From contig CAWCRS010000007.1 of NCBI GenBank assembly GCA_963798085.1, positions 64,001-128,000 on the forward strand: DNA of 64,000 nucleotides, in the 5' to 3' direction. Both the position numbers and the translations under genes were made by a program. Each line of letters begins with the position of its first letter. Within the stretch, counting starts at the first letter, position 1. The DNA is from an uncultured Gemmatimonadales bacterium. Its GTDB lineage: Bacteria; Gemmatimonadota; Gemmatimonadetes; Longimicrobiales; RSA9. The notes beneath the pieces are model-generated. The model worked only from the letters and a program-made list of their open reading frames with translations, made no database searches and was not told the DNA's origin. Below, piece by piece: positions 9,882 to 21,638 of this stretch.

Positions 9882-10200
9882 TTATCGGACCGTCTTGGCA
9901 TTCTTGGGTTTTGGGTCATTGCGCCATACCCGTGGCGCGAACTGCAATGAGACATTTGTGTTCATGCTTGTTCGGGTCGCGCCAATGGCGTTAGCGGCCG
10001 GAAGGCAAGAATGCCAAGACGGTCCGATAAAAACACCGCTGTGCAGGCTAGTTCGAGTCGCGCCAATGGCGTTACCGGCCGGAACGCAAGAATGCCCGGA
10101 TGGTCCAATAAGGCCAATGAAACACCGGTGTGCATGCTTTTTCGGGTCGTGCAATGGCGTCACCGGCCGGAAGGCAAGAATGCCAGGACGGCCCGAAAAA
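9882..10200. repeat. Array of one inverted and three direct ~83-89 bp repeat units
   Basis: Direct units start at about 9957, 10040 and 10129 (core GCCAATGGCGTTA.CGGCCGGAA.GCAAGAATGCC). 9882-9906 is the exact reverse complement of 10006-10030 (25 bp). Confidence 0.9.
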
Positions 10201-10220
10201 GGCGAGCGGTCCGGTGCGGT

Positions 10221-11581
<1,361 letters not shown>

Positions 11582-11585
<4 letters not shown>

Positions 11586-13366
11586 GCGCGTGACTCCGCG
11601 TCAGAGGAAACGGTGCTGCTGCCACGTGCGCCGGCGGTGGTCCGGATGCGCGGCAGTGTGATGGTGAAGCGCGCGCCGGCGCGGTCCGTGCGGTTGGACG
11701 CGCTCATGCGTCCACCGACGCCGCGCACCATGCCTTCGGCGACGAAGAGGCCGAGCCCTACACCCTGCACTTCGCCCTTGGTAGTGAAGAAAGGGTCGAA
11801 CACGCGCGACAGCACATCGGGTGCAAGTCCGGGGCCCGTGTCCGCCACATCGATAACAGCAGTGTCAGCCTCCTGATGCAGCGCGATCTCAATGGCGCCC
11901 CTGTCGTTCATGGCTTCGCGCGCGTTGCGCACGAGGTTGAGCAGCACCTGTTTCAGGGCATCAGGTGCAATACCCACCGCGCCATCTTCCGCCACCTGCG
12001 TGGTGATGCGCAGCGCGGGCGGTGCGCCGACGCGCGCCAGCGCCGCCACTTCCCGGACGATCACGCCGGCATCGGAGGCACTGGCGCCGGGGTCGTGCGG
12101 CCGGTGCAGGTCCAGCATCTGCTCGGCCAGCTCGTGCATGCGCAGCAGTTCATCGATGGCCAGATCGGCGAAGGCGCGGATCTCCGCATCCGCGCCACTG
12201 CGGCGGCGAATGACTTCGAGACAGTTGCGCACGTTGGCCACGGGATTGCGGATCTCGTGCGCCAGCTGCGCCACCAGCTGTCCGGCGGCGGCCAGGCGGT
12301 CGCGCTGCATCAGCTCCGCCTGGAGCGCGGAGAGGCGAGTCTGGCGATCCTCTAACTCGCGATTAGCGCGGGCCAGCTCCTCCAGGCGGGCTGCCAGCGC
12401 GCGCCGCATGGCTTCGAAGGCGTCCACCACGCGACCCAGTTCGGCCACGTGCGGCCGTTCCAGCGGGGCGTGGAAGTCGCCCGCGGCCAGGCGATCCGCG
12501 GCCAGTGCGACGGAGCGCGCGGGCTCCGCCAGGCGCATGGCGAAGAACGCGCCCAGAATGAGCGCCACCAGTGCCGACAGACCCGTGCTCAGCGTCGCCA
12601 CGCGGCGCAGTGTGCTCAGAATGGCGCGGTCACGATCGAGGTCGCGCACCAGGATGGCGGTCGCGAACTCGCCCAGCGGAACGGCGCGGGCGAGCAGGTG
12701 ATGATCGGCGCCGAGGACGTGAACCAGCGAGTCGCCTGCAGCCCATGAGCGCGCGGCCTGCGCGATCACGCTCGTGTCACGCTCGGCCGCCGTGCTGGCG
12801 GCAATGCCGCCACGGCGGGTGAGAATGACGACATCGGCGCGCGTGAGACCGGCCAGCGCACGGGCATCATTGGCGCCCATCCGCGAAGTGATGCCCGCGA
12901 TGCCGGCGAAGACGTTGCCCGCGTGGACGGGGGCGAGCGCGACGGTGCGCAGCTCGAGGCTGTCGCCCACCACTTCGACGGGCATTTCTCCGGCGCGTGC
13001 GCGCTCGATCAGGGCAGCGGGGGGCGCGGGTCCGGTGAGCACGCGGCCGCGCGCGTTCAGCAGGACAGCCTCTTCGCCGTAGCCGCCGCGCGCCGATTCC
13101 ACAAGCTGCACGGCGCGCGCATCGTCTCCCGCAAGCAACGACGCTGCCAGACCGTCCGTCGTCGCCACTTCCTTGGCGTGCATCATCATGGCGTCGGCGG
13201 ACTGCGCGCGGCTGCCGGCCAGCAGTGCGGGAGCCGCCTGCAGATCGTGGCGCGACTGCTCTTCGATGGCGCCCGCCAGGCGGTGCTCGAGCAGCAGCCC
13301 CGCCGGCAGGAGGGCGGCCACGAGCACGAAGGCAATCAGCAGCAGCAGCGCTCGGCGCAACGACAC
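11582..13366 (-). CDS. Membrane sensor histidine kinase (periplasmic domain, HAMP, HisKA, HATPase)
   Basis: Two TM segments; LAHEIRNP, NLVRNA, DTGPG, FFTTK, GLGL. Stop overlaps the regulator start. Confidence 0.93.
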
Positions 13367-13601
13367 AGGAGTTTCGGCTGGTCACGCGTTCGTGAGGTGT
13401 CGCCGGCAACGGGATCCGCCCGGCCAGGCGCGTGCGCATGTCGGGCGGCTCCACGAAGCCGGGCAACGCACGTGTGAGGAACCGCTCGCATACATGAAAC
13501 GTTCCGCTCGCCGGAATCGCGATGCCGGGCGCACGCCGGGGGCATCGCTGGGGCGCCGGGTCGCTGGTGGTTCCAGCAGCAGGCTGACGCGACGCTGGCG
13601 A

Positions 13602-13615
13602 CGTTTCATGAAACG
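13602..13615. promoter_or_regulatory. Perfect 14-bp palindrome, candidate transcription-factor site
   Basis: CGTTTCATGAAACG in the divergent intergenic region; partial copy CATGAAACG near 13493. Confidence 0.35.
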
Positions 13616-13704
13616 CTGACAGGCGATAACACTCCTGTTATGGCGGCCATGCAGCGCGCCAGCTGGCGGTCCCCAGCTGCAGGCAGGCGGCGGCCACCGC
13701 CGTC

Positions 13705-13785
13705 CGACGGTTGGCAAAGGCGTCTCATGGAATCCGCGTTCCGGGTCGCAGGAGGCACCGGAATGAGGCGTCTGCCAGACCGTCG
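13705..13785 (+). other. Extended imperfect stem-loop (candidate structured RNA)
   Basis: CGACGG/CCGTCG, TGGCA/TGCCA, GGCGTCTCAT/ATGAGGCGTC (G-U pairs), inner TTCCGG/CCGGAA. Confidence 0.4.
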
Positions 13786-14099
13786 CCCCAGCCCGGGTAC
13801 TCGCTCGATATCAGCCAGCCGGCGAGAGTCAGGGGTGGGGCACTACCGGCCTTGCGCGTATCACAACTGAATCACAACATCAGTAGCAACTGAATCGCAG
13901 GCCGGGAATGCTCCGGGTTGGGCTGGCTGGGCGCCAGCCGGGCAGCGCTGTACGGGCGTGCGTCCTGCGCCGGCGCAGCACCCGCCCGCGGCGTCTGTCC
14001 GGCGGGGCGGCGGCGCCGGTCCGTTGAGGACTGGCCGAGCCAGGCGGTACGCGCCGCCCTGGTTCGGGCCCGTGTCACTAACAGGGAGTCAGGGATGCC

Positions 14100-15122
14100 A
14101 TGGTTGTGCTCGAGGTTGTACAGGGCGCTGCGCAGGCGATACTGCTGAACGGCGCAGACATCCAGGCGCTGCTCGAACCGGCGTCGTGTGTGGATGCCGT
14201 GGAAGCCGCGTTCCGGATGTACGGCGGGGGCCGGGTGGGTGGTGGCGGTGTGCTGGGGATCCCGGTGGCGGGTGGTGGCTTCCATGTGAAGGCTGCGTGG
14301 CTGCCCTCGGGCGGGAGCGGCGCGTACTTCGCGGCCAAGCTCAACGCGAATTTCCCGGACAATCCTGTCACGCGCGGTTTGCCGACGATCCAGGGTCTGC
14401 TGCTCCTGTGCGATGCCGCGAGTGGCGCGGTGCTGGCGGTGATGGACTCCGCCGTGCTGACGGCGCTGCGCACGGCGGCGGCGACCGGGGTTGCGGTGCG
14501 GCATCTCGCGCGGCGCAATGCGCGGAGCCTGCTCCTCGCCGGCTGCGGTGTGCAGGCCTGGTATCAGCTTGCGGCGGTGCACGCCGAACGGCCGCTCGCG
14601 TGTGCCCATGTGTTCGACATCAGGCCGCACGTGGCCCGCGCGTTTGCGGCGCGCGCGTCTGATGCATTGGGCATCAATGTGCAGAGCGTCCCCGCGCTGC
14701 GGCCCGCGAGTCTGGCGAGTGATGTGATCGTCACGTGCACGCCTGCAACGGGCGCGTTCCTGGGCGAAGCAGACGTGTCCCCGGGTGCGCTGGTTGCCGC
14801 GGTGGGTGCGGACAACGCGAGCAAGCAGGAACTCGAGCCTGCACTGCTGGGCGCCGTGGCGATCATCACCGACGTGACGGCGCAATGTGCCGAGATCGGT
14901 GATCTGCATCACGCGCTGGTGGCAGGTACGGTCGCTCTCGCCGACGTGCGCGCGGAGCTGGGCGAGGTGGTGGCAGGCATGCGTCCCGGCCGCGTGCGCG
15001 AGGATGAGCGGATCGTCTTCGACAGCACGGGTACCGCGCTGCAGGACGTGGCGGTTGCGGCGCTGGCGTATGAGCGTGCCCTTGCAACGGATGCCGGGCG
15101 ACGTTTCGCCTTCCGCGTATGA
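14100..15122 (+). CDS. Ornithine cyclodeaminase/mu-crystallin family protein
   Basis: FHVKAA, AAKLNANFPDNP, LTALRTAAA, GCGVQA, VGAD, FDSTGTALQD. Confidence 0.9.
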   Translation: MVVLEVVQGAAQAILLNGADIQALLEPASCVDAVEAAFRMYGGGRVGGGGVLGIPVAGGGFHVKAAWLPSGGSGAYFAAKLNANFPDNPVTRGLPTIQGLLLLCDAASGAVLAVMDSAVLTALRTAAATGVAVRHLARRNARSLLLAGCGVQAWYQLAAVHAERPLACAHVFDIRPHVARAFAARASDALGINVQSVPALRPASLASDVIVTCTPATGAFLGEADVSPGALVAAVGADNASKQELEPALLGAVAIITDVTAQCAEIGDLHHALVAGTVALADVRAELGEVVAGMRPGRVREDERIVFDSTGTALQDVAVAALAYERALATDAGRRFAFRV

Positions 15123-15883
15123 TACCCATGGAAGCGAATCGCGCGGAGCCGCGGCAGTGGCTGCTGCTGATCCACCAGATTCCGCCCAAGCCGGACTATT
15201 TCCGCGTCAAGGTGCGGCGCCGGCTGCAGCGGCTGGGTGCGGTGCCACTCAAGAACTCCGTGTATGTGCTGCCGGACACGGAGCAGGCGCGCGAGGACTT
15301 CGCGTGGCTGGCGGGTGAGATCGTGGCGGACGGCGGCGAGGTAACAGTGTGTCAGGCGGTACTGCTGTCGGGCAGCACGGATGAGGAAATGCAGCGCATG
15401 CTGGAACCGGAGGCGGGCATGGCCATGGTGGAAAAGACGGTGGCGCAGCGTGTCGAGCCGGGCCGCACGTGGGTCACGCGGACCGGTGTGAAGGTGGATC
15501 GCATGTCCAGCGCCTGGCTGATCCGGCGTTTCATCGATGCGCAGGCGAAGTTCCGCTTCGCTCCTTCGCGCGGTTACCGGCCGGGGCCGGGCGAGCTGCG
15601 CTTCGACATGTTCGAGGGCGAGTTTACACACGAGGGCGATCTGTGCACGTTCGAGGTACTGCTGCGCCGCTTCGGCCTTGACGATCGCGGTCTCCGCCGC
15701 ATGGCGGAGATCGTGCACGACATCGACTGCAAGGATGAGCGGTACGGCCGGCCGGAGACAGCGGGCATAGCCCTGATCGTGGAAGGCATCGCCGGCGCGC
15801 ACGCCGAGGACGAAGTCAGGCTGGAGCGCAGCGCCGCGCTCTGGGACGATCTGCACGCCCGTCTGTCTCAAATGTCGAGTTAG
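15119..15883 (+). CDS. chrB: Chromate resistance protein ChrB
   Basis: WLLLIHQIPPKPDYFRVK (N domain); WVTR..VKVDRMSSAWLIRRFID, FTHEGDLCTFE, IVHDID (C domain). Confidence 0.88.
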   Translation: MIPMEANRAEPRQWLLLIHQIPPKPDYFRVKVRRRLQRLGAVPLKNSVYVLPDTEQAREDFAWLAGEIVADGGEVTVCQAVLLSGSTDEEMQRMLEPEAGMAMVEKTVAQRVEPGRTWVTRTGVKVDRMSSAWLIRRFIDAQAKFRFAPSRGYRPGPGELRFDMFEGEFTHEGDLCTFEVLLRRFGLDDRGLRRMAEIVHDIDCKDERYGRPETAGIALIVEGIAGAHAEDEVRLERSAALWDDLHARLSQMSS

Positions 15884-15897
15884 TCGCAGCGCCGGCC

Positions 15898-17066
15898 ATG
15901 GCACCCGCGCGCGAGCCGGGCGCGCTGCCGGCCCCGGCAGCGCGCGACGTCCGTCTGCGCGATTTCCTCGGGTACTTTCTGCAGCTGGGCACGCTGGGCT
16001 TCGGCGGCCCCATTGCGCTGGTGGGGTACATGCAGCGCGACCTGGTGGAGCGCCGGCGCTGGGTGGCCGAGCGCAGCTTTGCGGAGGGGCTGGCGTTCTC
16101 ACAGCTGGCACCCGGCCCGCTGGCGGCGCAGCTGGCCATCTGGCTGGGCTGGGAGCGGTGGCGCGCGGTGGGCGCGACGCTGACCGGGCTGGCGTTCGTC
16201 GCCCCATCCTTCCTCATGGTGCTGGCGTTGTCAGTACTGTACCAGCACTGGGGCGGCCTGCCCTGGATGCGCGGTGCCTTCTACGGCATTGGCGCGGTTG
16301 TCATCGCGATCATTGCGCGCAGTGCGCTCAAGCTGGCGCGCCGCACGCTGCGCACCGATCCGCTGCTGTGGCTGCTGTTTCTCATGAACGCGTCGTTAGT
16401 GGTGTGGCAGCAGGCCGAGCGCGTCTGGGTCTTCCTGGCCAGCGGCCTGGTGATGGTGCTGTGGCGCGAGCGTCTGCGGAGCGTGGCGCTGCACCCGCTG
16501 GCGCTGCTGCTGCGCTGCCGCTGCCGCTGGCGGCGGCCGGCGGCAGCAGTCTGCCGCAGCTGTTCTGGTTCTTCAGCCGGGCCGGTGCGGTGGTATTCGG
16601 GAGCGGGCTGGCGATCGTGCCGTTTCTCTATGGTGGCGTCGTGCAGCAGTATGGCTGGCTGAATCAGCAGCAGTTCCTCGATGCCGTGGCAGTATCGATG
16701 ATCACGCCCGGGCCGGTCGTGATCACAGTTGCGTTCATCGGCTATCTGACGGCAGGCATGGCGGGCGCATTCGTGGCGGCCGCGGGCGTGTTCCTGCCGG
16801 TATGGCTCGTCGTGCTGGTGGCGGCGCCGTGGTTCGAGCGGCTGGCGAGGAGCGCGCGCGTGCGCGGCTTCGTCAATGGCGTGACGGCGGCGGCCACGGG
16901 GGCCATCGCGGGCGCCGCGGTGATTCTGGGGCGACGTGCCATTGTCGATGCGACGACGTCGTGTCTGGCGCTGGCGGCGCTGTTCCTGCTCTGGCGTTGC
17001 CGCCGCGTGCCGGAGCCGCTGCTGATCCTGGGCGCGGCAGTGGCCGGCGTGGCGCTGCACGGCTGA
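15898..17066 (+). CDS. chrA: Chromate efflux transporter ChrA (frameshift near 16512)
   Basis: GFGGP, QLAPGPLA in one frame; VFGSG, MITPGPV in the next. Confidence 0.88.
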
Positions 17067-17071
17067 GCGCG

Positions 17072-17809
17072 TCAGGCGGTCGCGAACTCGGCTAACACGG
17101 GGTTGTGATCGCTGAGCTGGTCCCAGCGGGAGCCGCGCACCACGCGGCAGGCGATGAGCCGGTCGCGCCAGGTGGCGGGGACGAAGATGCCGTCGCAGTG
17201 GTAGGGCGTCTTGCGATCGGCGGTCCAGCGCAACGTCTGCGCCAGCGGCCGGTCGGGGTGCGCGACCTGCCAGCAGCTGAGCAGCCCGAATTCGCCGGCC
17301 AGTCGTTCGAGGATGGCGCGCTCGGCGCGGCTCACACGAAGTTTTTCCCGGGGCTGACGGTAACCGACGACGACATTGAAGTCGCCGCCCAGCACGAGAT
17401 CGGCGTCCCGGGCGAGGGGCGCGATGGCATCGAGGATCTCGTGCAGGGTGCGGATGTAGCCGTGGTTGCCGACGGGCCCGTGCACGCTGAAGAGGCGGAG
17501 CGGGCGGTCGCTCCACGCAGCAGGGGGCAACTCGCCGCCGACGATCCAGCCATCATGCAGGGGCAGCTCGATGGGCGAGAGGCAGGCAGCGCGCACGAGG
17601 AGGGCGCTGCCCCAGCCGGCCGGGCTTGCGGCGCGCCAGAGCAGGCCGTCGCCTGCGTCGGGGCGGTAGGGTTCGAGCGCGGAGTCGGCGGGCGCGCGGC
17701 ACTCCTGCGCGAAGACAATGTCGGCGTCCAGTCGTCGCACCAGCCGCGACCAGTGGCCGGCGCGGTTGCGGCTGCCACCCGCGAGGAAGTTCCAGGTCAC
17801 GAAGCGCAT
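17072..17809 (-). CDS. Endonuclease/exonuclease/phosphatase (EEP) family protein
   Basis: VTWN, DIVFAQE, GGDFN, HCDGIF, SDHNP. Confidence 0.88.
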   Translation of the reverse strand: MRFVTWNFLAGGSRNRAGHWSRLVRRLDADIVFAQECRAPADSALEPYRPDAGDGLLWRAASPAGWGSALLVRAACLSPIELPLHDGWIVGGELPPAAWSDRPLRLFSVHGPVGNHGYIRTLHEILDAIAPLARDADLVLGGDFNVVVGYRQPREKLRVSRAERAILERLAGEFGLLSCWQVAHPDRPLAQTLRWTADRKTPYHCDGIFVPATWRDRLIACRVVRGSRWDQLSDHNPVLAEFATA

Positions 17810-17891
17810 GGTGCGCAGGATGGCATCACGCCATCGCCGGGCGCCACGGCGGGTGGGGCGGAACGCACGTGTCGCCTGGCCACGGCGTGCG

Positions 17892-19141
17892 TCAGGCCAG
17901 CTCGCGCAGGCGGCGCTCGAGGAAACGGCGCTCGGGCTCCTGACGCGTCAGCTCGAGTGCGCGCTGGTACGCAGCGCGCGCCTCTGTAGTGCGGCCCAGG
18001 CGCCGGCACAAGTCGGCGCGTGCGGAGTGCGCGAAGTGGTAGTCGGCGAGTTGGCCACGCGCGAGGATGGCATCGATCACCTCGAGGCCGGCTCGTGGGC
18101 CGTCGCGCATGGCCAGGGCGGCGGCGCGATTCAGCTCGATGACGGGCGACGGACTGGCGCGCAGCAGCACATCGTAGAGGCCCACGATCTGGCGCCAGTC
18201 CGTGCGGGCGGCGGAGGGCGTTTCCGCGTGCACGGCAGCGATCGCGGCCTGCAGCGTGTAGGGTCCGAATGCGCGCGAGGAAATCGCGCGCTCCACCAGC
18301 GCGCAGCCTTCCGCGATCATGGCCCGGTCCCAGAGTGAGCGGTCCTGATCGTCGAGCAGGATCAGCTCACCCGCGGGCGAAGTGCGGGCGAGTCGTCGCG
18401 ACTCGTGGAGCAGCATGAGCGCGAGCAGCCCGACGGCTTCGGGCTCGGGCAGCAGGTCGACGAGCAGCCGGCCCAGCCGGATCGCTTCACGCGAGAGGTC
18501 GTGGCGCGTCAGCGATGCGCCCGATGACGCGGAGTACCCCTCGTTGAAGACCAGGTAGATCACGTGCAGGACGATGTCCAGCCGGTCGCCCAGATCCTCC
18601 TTCGAGGGCACCTGATACGGAATGTCGCGGTGCGGATCTTGGCCTTGGCGCGCACGATGCGCTGCGCCAGTGTGGGCGGGCCGGTGAGGAAGGCGTGGGC
18701 AATCTCTTCGGTGGTCAGGCCGCACACCTCACGCAGCGTCAGCGCCACCTGCGCATCAGGCGCGAGCGCCGGGTGGCAGCAGGTGAAGATCAGACGCAGC
18801 CGGTCGTCTTCGACATCGGTATCGTTTTCCGCTGCATTCTCCTGCGCGTCGGCGTCGAGGCGGGTGGCAATTGCGCCGAGCGATGCATCGAAGCGCGCGC
18901 GGCGGCGCAGTGTGTCGATGGCCTTGAAGCGGCCGGTCGAGACGAGCCATGCGCGCGGACTCGCGGGCACACCGTCGCGCGGCCAGCGCTCCATGGCCGC
19001 GGTGAAGGCATCGTGCAGCGCCTCCTCGGCGAGGTCGAAATCCCCGAGCAGCCGGATGAGCGTGGCGAGGACGCGGCGCGAGTCGGAACGGTAGACGGTC
19101 TCGACTACGTCGGTCGCCTTCGGGGCCGCGTCCTCGCTCAC
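17892..19141 (-). CDS. ECF sigma factor with long C-terminal extension (YciI-associated; frameshift near 18625)
   Basis: GDFDLAEEA, LRLIFTCCHPAL, AQRIVRAK, then YLVFNEGY, DQDRSLWD, YTLQAAIAA. Confidence 0.9.
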
Positions 19142-19154
19142 GACCGGGTCCGCA

Positions 19155-19508
19155 CTACTGGTCGAACTCCATGATGGGCCGCACCTCGATGCTGCCCATG
19201 CGCACCGATGGAATGCGGGACGCTACCTGAATCGCATCATTCAGGTCGCGGGCATTGATGAGGTAGAAGCCGCCCAGCTGCTCCTTGGTATCGGCGAAGG
19301 GGCCGTCGGTGGTGGACAGCTTGCCGTTACGGATACGCAGCGTGGTGGCGGTCTGCACCGGCTGCAGGGCTTCGCCACCAATGTAATGGCCGCTCTTCTG
19401 GATGTCCTGTGTGAACGCGAAGTACTCGCCCATGAACGCGTCGGACTCGTCCTTCGACATGGCGCCCATCTTCTTTTCTTCGTCGTAGATCAGGCACAGG
19501 TACTTCAT
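19155..19508 (-). CDS. YciI family (DGPF) protein
   Basis: MKYLCLIY, TDGPFADTKEQLGGFY, IEVRP. Confidence 0.92.
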   Translation of the reverse strand: MKYLCLIYDEEKKMGAMSKDESDAFMGEYFAFTQDIQKSGHYIGGEALQPVQTATTLRIRNGKLSTTDGPFADTKEQLGGFYLINARDLNDAIQVASRIPSVRMGSIEVRPIMEFDQ

Positions 19509-19611
19509 GGGATCCTCCACATGGTTGGGGAATGACTCCGGACACACATGGTCGTTCGGCGGGGGCGCAAATCGACAATCGGAACGAGCCCGGCCTTCAT
19601 GCGGTGGATCG

Positions 19612-20529
19612 TCAGCGTCCGGTGGCCTGGCGGCGCCAGCTGCGCGGACTGGCGCCGAACTCGGCGCGGAACGCGCGATTGAAGTTGGACAGGTCACCGA
19701 AGCCGCAGGCGAACGCGATCTCGATCACGCGATCGGGTTCGCTGGCAAGGCGGACTGCGGCGTCGCGCAGGCGGCGGCGCAGCAGGTACTGGTGCGGGGT
19801 GACGCCCGTGACGCTCTCGAACGTGCGCAGGAAGTGCCACAGGCTGAGGCCGGCGCGCAGCGCCATGTCGGCGAGGGGAACGGTGGCGGCGGGATCGTCA
19901 TCGATGTCGCGCACGATGCGCGTCACGCGCGCGACAGCGCCGGATGGTACAGGAGCGGACCCGCGCGTGTCGTGCGCGGCAAGGCGCAGGGCCTGCGCCG
20001 CCAGCCGCAGGCTCAGCTCCTGCCAGGGCTGGACGGCGGGCTCATGCACGGCGCCGCACAGCCGTGCGACGAGCGGCGACAGCTGACGCATGGGCGGCAC
20101 GCGCAAGGAGCAAAACGTCGTGTTAGAAGTGCGGCCGGACGCGGGCGCGATGGTCTCGAAGTATGCCGGATCGTAGCGGAAGGCCAGGCAGCGGTCGCCG
20201 GTGGCGTGCTCGTGGCCGCACTCGTAGCACTGGCCGGCGCCGCCCAGCATGAGCGACCCGGGTGTCAGCAGAGCTTCGCCGGCGGCCGCGCGGTACTGGA
20301 AGCTGCCCGCCAGCACCACACTGATGGACACGCGCGGGTGCTGTTCCTCGAAGCGCCGGTCCTGCGGGCCGCAGGTGCAGATCACATCGTCGACCTGCCA
20401 GCCATCACCCTGCGCCAGAACGCGACCGGACGTCCTTCCGGCGCCACCGTGCAGCACGCGCCTCGCCGTGGCGTGCTCGAGATCGGCCGCAATTTTCGCC
20501 AGGATTCCCGCGCGCCGTTTCTCTATCAT
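19612..20529 (-). CDS. AraC family transcriptional regulator
   Basis: Cupin-like N domain (FEEQH, YECGHEH); HFLRTF..GVTPHQY; CGFGDLSNFNRAF. Start approximate. Confidence 0.9.
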   Translation of the reverse strand: MIEKRRAGILAKIAADLEHATARRVLHGGAGRTSGRVLAQGDGWQVDDVICTCGPQDRRFEEQHPRVSISVVLAGSFQYRAAAGEALLTPGSLMLGGAGQCYECGHEHATGDRCLAFRYDPAYFETIAPASGRTSNTTFCSLRVPPMRQLSPLVARLCGAVHEPAVQPWQELSLRLAAQALRLAAHDTRGSAPVPSGAVARVTRIVRDIDDDPAATVPLADMALRAGLSLWHFLRTFESVTGVTPHQYLLRRRLRDAAVRLASEPDRVIEIAFACGFGDLSNFNRAFRAEFGASPRSWRRQATGR

Positions 20530-20610
20530 GCCTGAAACATGGTCAAGCTCCGGGCCGGTGGCAACGCGCTGGCGAGGGCCAAGGCAACCCACAGGAAACG
20601 GCGGGAAGAC

Positions 20611-21105
20611 ATGAGTGCGACTGCGGCGACAATTGCGGAGAACAGCGTGCTGGCGCGCATTCTCGATGAAGGCTGGGGACCGGGCGCGTGGCACGGGCCC
20701 GACCTCAAGGCGGCGCTGGCGGATGTGTCGGACGGCGCTGCCTTCTGGCGACCGGGCGAAGGCCGGCATAACATAGCGGAAATCGTGCTGCATCACGCGT
20801 ACTGCGTGCGCAATGTGCGCGCGCAGCTCGCGGGGGTGAAGGCCGAGCCGTTCGTGCTCGAAGGTGATGACTGGTTCGAGCTGGATGCGCGCGGCAGACT
20901 CCCGTGGCCAGCAGTGCGCCGGACGCTGGAAGACGAGCTGAAGAGGCTGACGGATGTCGTCGCCCACAATCTCAACGGTGGTAATGCGACGACGCCGCTT
21001 TCGGATCGTGAGCGCTTCAACCTGGTGCTGGGTATCACGTGTCACGCGGTGTATCACGCGGGGCAGGTGCAACTGATCAAGCGACTGCAGCAAGGCGAGG
21101 CATGA
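20611..21105 (+). CDS. DinB family protein
   Basis: AWHGP, HNIAEIVLH, HAVYHAGQV. Confidence 0.85.
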   Translation: MSATAATIAENSVLARILDEGWGPGAWHGPDLKAALADVSDGAAFWRPGEGRHNIAEIVLHHAYCVRNVRAQLAGVKAEPFVLEGDDWFELDARGRLPWPAVRRTLEDELKRLTDVVAHNLNGGNATTPLSDRERFNLVLGITCHAVYHAGQVQLIKRLQQGEA

Positions 21106-21638
21106 GAGCGGAGGCTTACACGCTGTTCGACACCGCGATCGGCGCGTGCGGGCTCGCGTGGAACGAGCGCGCCATCGCGGGCGCGCAGCTGCCGGAGGCG
21201 GGCGAAGCGGCCACGCGCGCCCGTCTCCAGCGGCGCTACCCGGGGTCAGCGGAAACGCCGGCGGCCCGCGCACCAGCCGCAGTACAGCAGGCCATCGCGG
21301 ATATCCAGGCGCTGCTGCAGGGCGAAGCGCGCGACCTGTCGCATGTGCAGCTGGACATGGAGGGTGTGCCCGAGTTCCACTGCCGCGTCTTCGAAGTCGC
21401 GCGGCGCATACCGCCGGGTGCAACGTGCAGTTATGGCGACGTTGCGGTGCGGCTGGGCGAACGCGGCGCGGCGCGGGCGGTGGGTCAGGCGCTGGGGCGC
21501 AATCCGTTCCCCATTATCGTGCCCTGCCATCGTGTGCTCGCCGCAGGCGGCAGAGTGGGCGGCTTCTCCGCCCGCGGCGGTACTGCGACCAAGCTGAGGC
21601 TGCTGCAGATCGAGGGCGCCCAGCTGTTCGCTGTCTAG
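21102..21638 (+). CDS. ogt: Methylated-DNA--protein-cysteine methyltransferase
   Basis: ARAVGQALGRNP, IVPCHRV active site; ATGA overlap with dinB. Confidence 0.92.
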   Translation: MRAEAYTLFDTAIGACGLAWNERAIAGAQLPEAGEAATRARLQRRYPGSAETPAARAPAAVQQAIADIQALLQGEARDLSHVQLDMEGVPEFHCRVFEVARRIPPGATCSYGDVAVRLGERGAARAVGQALGRNPFPIIVPCHRVLAAGGRVGGFSARGGTATKLRLLQIEGAQLFAV

